Below are positions 57,354-64,000 of a stretch of DNA of 64,000 bases, piece after piece; position 1 is the stretch's first letter; each line of letters starts with the position of its first letter. Where the stretch lies: NCBI GenBank assembly GCA_023381415.1, contig JAMCUN010000020.1, forward strand, positions 7,070 through 71,069, read 5' to 3'. The stretch is from Thermoplasmatota archaeon. Lineage in GTDB: Archaea; Thermoplasmatota; Thermoplasmata; Thermoplasmatales; GCA-001856825. The notes beneath the pieces are model-generated. The model worked only from the letters and a program-made list of their open reading frames with translations, was not told where the DNA came from and searched no databases. The translations under genes and the position numbers were made by a program.

Positions 57354-59001
57354 GCACGATGGAAAGGCTGACGTAAATTCAGTGGTTTCAAGGGTCGTAG
57401 CATTATTCCCAGAGGAGAGGAAGAACCTCAAGAACCTGATACCCAGGATCAGAGAGATAGTGGATGAGGTGAACTCCCTGACAAAGGAAGAGATGACGGG
57501 CATAGTCCAGAGGGAATTCCCTGAGTTACTGTCCTCAAGAACGAAGGAGGAGAAGAAGAGTCTTCCAGACCTTCCTGACGTCGGGAATGGGGGAGTTGTA
57601 ATGAGGATGGCCCCTTCACCTTCCGGCCCACTCCACATCGGCCACGCAAGGATGGCAATCCTCAACGATGAGTACCTGAGGAGATATGGCGGGAAACTTA
57701 TCCTCAGGATTGAGGATACAAATCCGTCCAACATAGAACCTGATGCTTACCAGATGATACAGGATGACCTCAGATGGCTGGGGGTAAACTTCACGGAAGT
57801 GGTGATACAGTCCAAGAGGTTTGAACTGTATTATTCTGAAATGAGAAAGCTGATAGAGGAGGGGAAGGCATACGTTTCAACATCTCCGACAGAGGAGTTC
57901 AAATCAAGGAAGCAGCAGGGTCTTCCTGTGAGGGAAAGGGAGGAAACGCCAGAGGAGAACCTGGAGAGGTGGGAGAGAATGCTCTCTGGAGGGTACGAAA
58001 AGGGGGAGGTATATGCGGTAGTCAAGACTGACCTCAATCACCCGAACCCGGCAATAAGGGATTTCATAGCGTTCAGGATAATCGACACCCCTCACCCACT
58101 GGAAGGTGACAGATACAGGATATATCCGATGATGAACTTCTCGGTTGCCATAGATGACCATTTCCTGGGATTGACCCACGTGATAAGGGGGAAGGACCAC
58201 ATTGCGAATACGGAGAAGCAGAAGTACATCTTCGGCTACAGGGGATGGAAGCAGCCCTATTACCTTCACTACGGCAAAGTCTCGATAGAGAACACGATAC
58301 TCAAGACAACATTCATAAAGAAAGGGATAAGGAATGGCGATTTCACTGGGTGGGACGATCCGCGTCTTGGGACCCTTGCAGCGTTCAGGAAGAGGGGATT
58401 CGATCCGCTGGCCATAAGGAGATATTATGTGGAGTCCGGTATAGGGAGCGTTGACACGACGTTCTCCTGGGAGATATTCTATTCATTCAACAGGAAAATA
58501 ATAGACTCAAGATCGCCCAGACATTTCTTTGTAAGCCAGCCGGTCAGCCTGAAATTTGATTTCGAGGGGACACTGAATGCTGATATCCCCCTCTTCCCTC
58601 AGGCAAGCGGGAATGCCGAAAAGGGGAGCAGGAGATACAAAGTTGGGAAGGGATCCATCATGATCTCATCGCAGGATTATGCTAAGCTGAACGGCGAGCT
58701 TGTAAGGCTCAAGGACCTAGGGTATTTCAAGGTGGAATCTTCAAGGATCGAGTATCTTGGGGAGAGCATAAACGAGGATGTACAGAAGTGGAACCCCAAC
58801 AGGCCACTGGGCAAGGTACCGATAATTCACTGGTTGTCTGGGAACGAGGTCCCCTTCAGGGTAGTGAAACCTGATGGAACCGTGGATTCAGGGTTTGTGG
58901 AAAATGATGCATTGAACTACATCGGCATGGTACATCAATTTGAGCGATACGGGTATGTGAATGTCCTGAACGAGAGGGAAGGATACTTCACGCATCCTTG
59001 A
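57307..59001 (+). CDS. gltX: Glutamate--tRNA ligase (archaeal/eukaryal type)
   Basis: RMAPSPSGPLHIGHARMAILN (HIGH motif), RIEDTNP, VIRGKDH. 564 aa. TTG/GTG start overlapping the GTPase gene by about 45 nt. Confidence 0.9.
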   Translation: MVEDKIRAIASFNALEHDGKADVNSVVSRVVALFPEERKNLKNLIPRIREIVDEVNSLTKEEMTGIVQREFPELLSSRTKEEKKSLPDLPDVGNGGVVMRMAPSPSGPLHIGHARMAILNDEYLRRYGGKLILRIEDTNPSNIEPDAYQMIQDDLRWLGVNFTEVVIQSKRFELYYSEMRKLIEEGKAYVSTSPTEEFKSRKQQGLPVREREETPEENLERWERMLSGGYEKGEVYAVVKTDLNHPNPAIRDFIAFRIIDTPHPLEGDRYRIYPMMNFSVAIDDHFLGLTHVIRGKDHIANTEKQKYIFGYRGWKQPYYLHYGKVSIENTILKTTFIKKGIRNGDFTGWDDPRLGTLAAFRKRGFDPLAIRRYYVESGIGSVDTTFSWEIFYSFNRKIIDSRSPRHFFVSQPVSLKFDFEGTLNADIPLFPQASGNAEKGSRRYKVGKGSIMISSQDYAKLNGELVRLKDLGYFKVESSRIEYLGESINEDVQKWNPNRPLGKVPIIHWLSGNEVPFRVVKPDGTVDSGFVENDALNYIGMVHQFERYGYVNVLNEREGYFTHP

Positions 59002-59170
59002 AAAGTTGAGCGGAATCATCTGACACAACAGCTACTTTGAAAAGGGGAATCACTGCGCACTTTGATTCTCCTGGAAATATCCAGTACTTTTGTATAGCCC
59101 TGAGGAGGAACAGAACTTCCCCTAGCCACTTGAAAATGTACCCTTCCCCAGATAAGCTTAATTCCTTACT

Positions 59171-59425
59171 TCACTCGCTTGCTGATACTGACACAAAATT
59201 GGGGAATCTCTTGAGGATTATGACATCTCCAACTGCCCTGACCCATCTGTACGGGACTAATACTGAAACCCCGTCCTCGACGAGCCCATCATTTGTCTTT
59301 TCCACATACAACCCGTATATGGTTTGGGAGTCAAAGTCGACTATCACGTCGTTCACTGCTCCGAGCCTGTAGCCCCTGTCGCTGTAAATTTCAACCCCGA
59401 TGAGATTGGTGACGTCAGTCTCCAT
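59171..59425 (-). CDS. PRC-barrel domain protein
   Basis: LIGVEIYSDRGYRLGAVNDVIVD and VLVPYRWVRAVGDVIIL. 84 aa. Confidence 0.75.
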   Translation of the reverse strand: METDVTNLIGVEIYSDRGYRLGAVNDVIVDFDSQTIYGLYVEKTNDGLVEDGVSVLVPYRWVRAVGDVIILKRFPNFVSVSASE

Positions 59426-59532
59426 ATTGTATCGTTTTAATATTTATAGCGAGTATTTAATCTTTCCAGCGTGTCATTGTATAACAGAGCTCCCCCGACT
59501 GAGTAGTGCTGTTATTTCATGAAAAATAATCG

Positions 59533-60060
59533 CTACTCTTTCGAGAAAAGTTGAAGGTAGTGATATGGCATCTCCTTCTCTTTCTTGAGGAGGAAGCCGA
59601 TCGATTCCATATCCCTCGCCACCTCTTCCTTGCTCAGCTTTATTGATGATGGCGGACCGAAGTTCAGCTCATCCTTGACAAAGTCGAGATTAGCGATGAA
59701 AATCGGTGATACCTTCTTCAGGGCATCAAGTGCCTTTTCCTTGCAGGTCAATACCAGGTCGTGGTACACATGCGCCATGAAGACCATGCTGTAATTACCC
59801 TCGACCCCCCTGCAAAAGTTCTGCTGGATCGTCCTGATCCCTTTGCCGTTGAGTTCCTTGAAGTTGTATTCGTGCGCATCTATTATAGTGACCTTTGCAC
59901 CCCTCGCCGCCATCTTCTCCGCATAGTAGCCGTCTGCACCACCTACGTCCAGCACACTCATATTTTCCCTGACCCCTATGAAATCTATTATCCCTTCGTC
60001 ATCAAGCCTGAAAGGTCTCCTTCCGTGAAACCTGTATATGTCATGAAAGTCGTCTTCCAT
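59533..60060 (-). CDS. Class I SAM-dependent methyltransferase
   Basis: VLDVGGADGYYAEKMAARGAKVTIID (motif I plus an acidic post-I residue). Confidence 0.8.
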   Translation of the reverse strand: MEDDFHDIYRFHGRRPFRLDDEGIIDFIGVRENMSVLDVGGADGYYAEKMAARGAKVTIIDAHEYNFKELNGKGIRTIQQNFCRGVEGNYSMVFMAHVYHDLVLTCKEKALDALKKVSPIFIANLDFVKDELNFGPPSSIKLSKEEVARDMESIGFLLKKEKEMPYHYLQLFSKE

Positions 60061-60147
60061 AAGAACTCAACTTCATGAAAACATGAGTATGGATATCATT
60101 CTTTCCCATCCTTTCCTTCTATGAATAAAAAATAAATGAAAATAAAA

Positions 60148-60807
60148 TCACTTTGGAGATTTCTTTATTGCGAGGAACCAGTCCTTCACGTTCAGGTTCT
60201 TGTCCTTCAGCCTTTCCTTTGCCGCCTGGAGGGTCGCAGGTTGAGGCACTATGACGTCGTCTCCTGCGTTCCAGTTTGCTGGGGTTGCGATCATGAAGGA
60301 ATCCGCGTATGTGAGCGAGTCCAGTACCCTCAGTATCTCGTCTATGTTCCTCCCTGTGCTTGCAGGATAGTATATCAGGGCCCTCACTACCCCTTCCGGG
60401 TCAATAAAGAACACTGCCCTGACGGTGCTCGTCGCGCTGGCCCTCTCGTGTATCAGTCCGTACAGGTTTGCAACGTTCATGTTGAGGTCGGCAATAACCG
60501 GGAACTTTACCTCTACTCCGTATATCTTCTCCATCTGGAGCAACCAAGCTATATGCGAATAGACTGAATCTATGCTGAGCCCGATCAACTGCGCATTCCT
60601 CTTTTCGAATTCATCGTACCTCTTCGCGAATTCTATGAATTCAGTGGTGCAAACTGGAGTGAAGTCTGCAGGGTGAGAAAACAGTATCACCCATTTCCCC
60701 TTGTAGTCCTTGAGGGACAGCGGGCCCTTCGACGAGTTTGCCTGGAAATCAGGAGCCCTATCTCCAATCTTTGGTATTGACGATGTTACGCTACTAGTTT
60801 CTGCCAT
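60148..60807 (-). CDS. Peroxiredoxin (archaeal Prx6/1-Cys-like)
   Basis: IGDRAPDF and FSHPADFTPVCTTE (peroxidatic Cys). I prefer the ATG at 60807 (MAETSS...) over the track start at 60897. Confidence 0.9.
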   Translation of the reverse strand: MAETSSVTSSIPKIGDRAPDFQANSSKGPLSLKDYKGKWVILFSHPADFTPVCTTEFIEFAKRYDEFEKRNAQLIGLSIDSVYSHIAWLLQMEKIYGVEVKFPVIADLNMNVANLYGLIHERASATSTVRAVFFIDPEGVVRALIYYPASTGRNIDEILRVLDSLTYADSFMIATPANWNAGDDVIVPQPATLQAAKERLKDKNLNVKDWFLAIKKSPK

Positions 60808-60971
60808 TGCCTTTTCAGTATGCCTAAAATTAAAAGGTTTTTGTTCATGCCTTAGTGAATTGGCAATTATGTGCCGCTGGATGAGACCTGAGACCACTGT
60901 GTGTTATGATGCTCTGTATTCAGGAGCCATTTGCAGCGTGGAATTAAACTACAGTCTCGGCGGGCGATCTT

Positions 60972-62210
60972 CTAGCTTCTATCGTTGTTAAAATTGTGGG
61001 ACTTTTCCCAGTTTCGTATAACCCTGTAGTATACGAACGAGCCCACGACCTGGAGGGCTCCTCCTATTATTAGAGGGGACGACAGATAAAGGTCCATCAG
61101 GTATCCAGACAGGCCTGAAGTTGACTGCGAAGCTCTCGTGGCCACGCCCTGCATGCTTGAAGCAGTTCCGTAATCCTCGTTTCCTACGCCCCTGACGCTG
61201 ATTGCGCTCCTCATAGGAGTACCGACGCCTGCCACTCCCATCCTTATTGCGTACAGCGAATATGCGATGGGAAGAATAGGGACGAACGCTATAACGATAT
61301 ACAGGAAACCCTGGAAGAACCTTGCGATAGATGAAACAGAAATGGCGCGTATGTGGGATGAATTCAGGTATCTCCCGCTTATGAATGACCCGAGCGCCGT
61401 AGCAGCATAGGCCAGGGTGAATATTTCACCAACATAAGATGTAGATATGTGATACCTTAGCTCAAACCAAAGCGGAAGGAGGGGAGTGGCTATTCCTATT
61501 GCCGAACCGTTTATGACGTTCGGCAGGGACATCCTGAGTGTGTAGAACGTGCTCTCCTTCTTCATCACCTTCGTCGTCTTCTTTAGCCTTTTCCTCTCCT
61601 TCAGGAAGAAGAGGGAGAGGAAGGATATCAGCAGTATGAACGATGAAACGCCGAAAAGAATACGGAATGTTCCGTCAACCCCGAAGAACGGGGTAAGGTA
61701 CCCGTGAGTGGTCAAAAGAAGACCTGCGACTATTGAAGCAAGGGAACCAACAACCGTCATCTTCGATAGCCTTGCTACCCTGTCAATCTCGTTGGACCAG
61801 TTGCTTGCTACGTAGGCGGTCGTACCAGGGGAGAACACGCCTCTCATACCTCCCGCAGACCCTGTTACCCCTGCCAGTATAGCCGATACCTCTATTATGA
61901 ATATGTTGCTGGATAAGGCGAAGCCAATGAGCCCTGCCAGCGGGAGCGCTTCTGCCACTATCAGAGTTCTGCTATAGCCTATCCTGTCCCCGAGGCTTCC
62001 CAGAAGGATGGATATACCCATGTTGAAGAGCACCACGAGAAGCACGAGCAACCCGATGAAAGCAAGCTCGTACCCTAAAGCATTCAGGTAGAGGGAGAAG
62101 GAGAGCGTCACAAACCCTATTGCGATGCTTCTCGCTGTCCTTGACACAAGAAGAAACTTGAAGGATGAGTCTATCTTCTCCTGGGAGTCGCTGAACACGA
62201 AAATTGACAT
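60972..62210 (-). CDS. MFS transporter
   Basis: 412 aa, about 12 helices. The loop GSLGDRIGYSRTL is an MFS motif A. Confidence 0.8.
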   Translation of the reverse strand: MSIFVFSDSQEKIDSSFKFLLVSRTARSIAIGFVTLSFSLYLNALGYELAFIGLLVLLVVLFNMGISILLGSLGDRIGYSRTLIVAEALPLAGLIGFALSSNIFIIEVSAILAGVTGSAGGMRGVFSPGTTAYVASNWSNEIDRVARLSKMTVVGSLASIVAGLLLTTHGYLTPFFGVDGTFRILFGVSSFILLISFLSLFFLKERKRLKKTTKVMKKESTFYTLRMSLPNVINGSAIGIATPLLPLWFELRYHISTSYVGEIFTLAYAATALGSFISGRYLNSSHIRAISVSSIARFFQGFLYIVIAFVPILPIAYSLYAIRMGVAGVGTPMRSAISVRGVGNEDYGTASSMQGVATRASQSTSGLSGYLMDLYLSSPLIIGGALQVVGSFVYYRVIRNWEKSHNFNNDRS

Positions 62211-62400
62211 TGCCTCATTCTATTTATCTATGCGCAGTGCGTGAACGACGAACCCTTGCGGATATGGGGATTCGGCTCATCATCACTCATCCCTTACTGC
62301 ATGACGCAGTGGATGAAAGTTGTTCCCAAAAATGCAGGAAGTGAAGGTATATCCACCTATCTGGAACGGATTGAGGAACTGATCCCAGGCCACTTGACCA

Positions 62401-62471
62401 TGCGAGTGCCGGGATTCGGACCCGGGTTAAAAGCTTGGGAAGCTTTTGTGCTACCGCTACACTACACTCGC
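62401..62471 (-). tRNA. tRNA-Gly: tRNA-Gly (CCC)
   Basis: Minus strand: GCGAGTG TA GTGT AGCGGTA GCAC A AAAGC TTCCCAA GCTTT TAAC CCGGG TCCGAAT CCCGG CACTCGC A. 71 nt. CCA is not encoded. Confidence 0.85.
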
Positions 62472-62490
62472 TGTGAGATGGAAAATTTTT

Positions 62491-62500
62491 CTATATATTT
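62491..62500 (-). promoter_or_regulatory. TATA box for tRNA-Gly
   Basis: The minus strand reads AAATATATAG about 20-29 nt upstream of the tRNA 5' end (62471). Confidence 0.5.
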
Positions 62501-62594
62501 CAACTTATCTTGAACTTGAGGTCGTGCTTCGGGGACTCAATATTTTTCATCGTGATGTAATACTGCAAAATACTTTTATTCTGTCAGACATGCA

Positions 62595-62837
62595 GTGCTG
62601 ATATCAATGGTGCTAACTACAACTGATGCCCTGTTTGCCATTGCTGCATCCATTGCCATGGCCGGTGGACTTATCGGGACGGGTATGGCGCAGAGCGGAA
62701 TTGGTTCTTCGGGTATGGGAGTAATAGCAGAAAAACCTGAGAAATTCGGGCAAGTTCTGTTCTTCTTCGTTATACCGGAGACAAACTGGATAATCGGGTT
62801 TGTGCTTGGACTGATCCTACTCCTACATATCCTGTGA
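62595..62837 (+). CDS. atpK: A-type ATP synthase subunit K (proteolipid c)
   Basis: Two-helix hairpin with GIGSSGMGVIAEKPE and the essential acidic residue in FFVIPETNW. GTG start at 62595, or ATG at 62607. Confidence 0.88.
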   Translation: MLISMVLTTTDALFAIAASIAMAGGLIGTGMAQSGIGSSGMGVIAEKPEKFGQVLFFFVIPETNWIIGFVLGLILLLHIL

Positions 62838-62841
62838 GTTT

Positions 62842-63411
62842 ATGCCTTTAGAAGAAATCCTTGAAAGAATTCTGAAGGATACGGAGAGGGAAGAGCAGGC
62901 GATCATCAGCCGGGGCCAGGATGAGGCAAATGCCATCCTTGAGGAGGCCAGGAACCGCTCTGAGCAGATAAAATCTTACTACCAGGCAAGAGCGCAGGAA
63001 GACGCAGAAAGGGAGAAGAGGCAGAAAATTTCTTCAGCAACACTAGAGGGCAGGTCATACCTGGAGCAGCAGAGGGAGGTAATAGAGGACAGCTATCTTG
63101 ACGCACTCAAGTCAAGGCTGGTGGAGATCAGGAAGACGGACCAGTACCTTGATTTCATTCAACGGGAGATAGAAAAGGCGAGAAAGGTCCTCGGTAGAGA
63201 TTCTATCATATATGTTGACGCAACTGATTCCGAACGTTTGAGGAGGAAGGGATATAACGACCTATCAATCTCGGACAAGATTGACCAGCTGGGAGGGGCA
63301 GTCGTCACCTCCGCAGACGGGAAGATGATCATCTCACTCACCCTATCTGAGATCCTCAGGAAGAGAAACGACGCAATCAGAAAGATCGTCAGGGATTACA
63401 TAAAGGGGTGA
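62842..63411 (+). CDS. atpE: A-type ATP synthase subunit E
   Basis: 189 aa. Charged helical N-terminus (EEILERILKDTEREEQAIISRGQDEANAILEEAR). Positioned between the K and C subunit genes. Confidence 0.85.
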   Translation: MPLEEILERILKDTEREEQAIISRGQDEANAILEEARNRSEQIKSYYQARAQEDAEREKRQKISSATLEGRSYLEQQREVIEDSYLDALKSRLVEIRKTDQYLDFIQREIEKARKVLGRDSIIYVDATDSERLRRKGYNDLSISDKIDQLGGAVVTSADGKMIISLTLSEILRKRNDAIRKIVRDYIKG

Positions 63412-63415
63412 GCTA

Positions 63416-64000
63416 TTGCAGAATTCTTTCGGCCTTCCCTACGGAACCCTTAAGGTCCTCAAAACCCAGTTCCTGCAGAGGAAGGATTTTGAAGAGATGT
63501 TCAGGTTCTCCAATCCGGAAGAATTCATAGGATATATGAATGGCCACGGGTACGGCGAGGACATATCTCAGTCTTCGGAATACAGGAAGCTTGACCTTGC
63601 GGAATCGGCAAACAACCTCCATCTAGCGAAGACAAACAGGAAGGCGCTATCTGTGACCCCTCAGAACGGGAAGGACCTCGTTGTGTCCTTTCTCACGAAG
63701 TGGGACATCCAGAACATCAAGACGATTCTTGTTGCGAAGAACCTGAACCTGAAGATAGAGGAGAGTGCCCTCAACCTGATAACAGAGGCAAATACCGCAG
63801 TAGGAATATTCGCCGGCCTCCTTGACAGGAACGATTACCACAACCTCATACAGATGGACAATGTGGAGGACATAATATCCTACACACTCAAGTTCGGGTA
63901 CGGGAAGGCGCTCCTGGCATATCTTGACGAATACAGGAAGACGAACAACATCTCCACACTCCTTCTTTCCCTGGACCTCTATTATTTTGAAATGATGAAG
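63416..64000 (+). CDS. atpC: A-type ATP synthase subunit C (N-terminal part; runs off the window)
   Basis: My own translation from the TTG at 63416: LQNSFGLPYGTLKVLKTQFL...FLTKWDIQNIKTILVAKN... It is open to nt 64000. WDIxNIKxIL is characteristic of subunit C. It is not in the ORF track because it is truncated. Confidence 0.8.
   Translation, partial: MQNSFGLPYGTLKVLKTQFLQRKDFEEMFRFSNPEEFIGYMNGHGYGEDISQSSEYRKLDLAESANNLHLAKTNRKALSVTPQNGKDLVVSFLTKWDIQNIKTILVAKNLNLKIEESALNLITEANTAVGIFAGLLDRNDYHNLIQMDNVEDIISYTLKFGYGKALLAYLDEYRKTNNISTLLLSLDLYYFEMMK

Noticed and set aside
62241-62513. 90-aa plus-strand ORF
   Set aside because: It covers the tRNA-Gly gene on the opposite strand and has no coding features.
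1-64000. CRISPR arrays, rRNA genes, IS transposases, inteins
   Set aside because: Reading the intergenic regions showed no regularly spaced direct repeats. I saw no rRNA-like sequence, no transposase-like ORF and no intein-sized insertion in the conserved genes present.

Overview
This is an archaeal chromosomal segment. Gene content points to a Thermoplasmata-like acidophile: a thermopsin-family protease, A-type ATPase genes in K-E-C order, ribosomal protein S3Ae, an intron-containing tRNA, and TATA boxes about 25-35 nt upstream of many start codons. That taxonomic call is an inference. I divide the window into five blocks.

- **1-10.2 kb, cell-surface block:** a GT-C-like membrane glycosyltransferase cut by the window edge, a 1025-aa anchored repeat protein, and a 1218-aa S-layer-like glycoprotein.
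- **10.3-18.5 kb, A+T-rich accessory island:** three VapBC-type modules (one decayed), a tyrosine integrase with a C-terminal zinc ribbon, an AbiEi/AbiEii pair, an orphan polytopic membrane protein and two small coupled ORFs.
- **18.6-27.9 kb, mixed block:** an aldo/keto reductase, an internally deleted MFS gene remnant, a HEPN-MNT pair, an intact MFS transporter, a thermopsin gene split from its own repeat/anchor module by one in-frame TAA, a GT2 glycosyltransferase and another VapBC.
- **28-53.7 kb, peptide/amino-acid utilisation island:** peptidases of families S9, M20 (two), S58 (DmpA-like), S12 (beta-lactamase-fold) and S66 (LD-carboxypeptidase); Opp-type permeases and a binding protein; two class-III aminotransferases; a glutaconate-type CoA-transferase; a thiolase; two saccharopine-dehydrogenase-like genes; and an APC permease.
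- **53.9-64 kb, housekeeping block:** intron-containing tRNA-Met, S3Ae, PheT, a NOG1-like GTPase, GluRS, peroxiredoxin, tRNA-Gly and atpK-E-C.

I saw no CRISPR array, rRNA gene or recognisable transposase.

The observations most worth a second look:
- two otherwise intact genes are each interrupted by a single in-frame TAA;
- the S3Ae stop codon lies inside the tRNA-Met gene;
- an exact 28-nt sequence is shared between a permease coding region and a nearby intergenic region;
- a peptidase set specialised for D-/beta-amino-acid peptides sits beside an aminotransferase / CoA-transferase / thiolase operon.

All functional calls come from motif recognition by eye. No database search was run.
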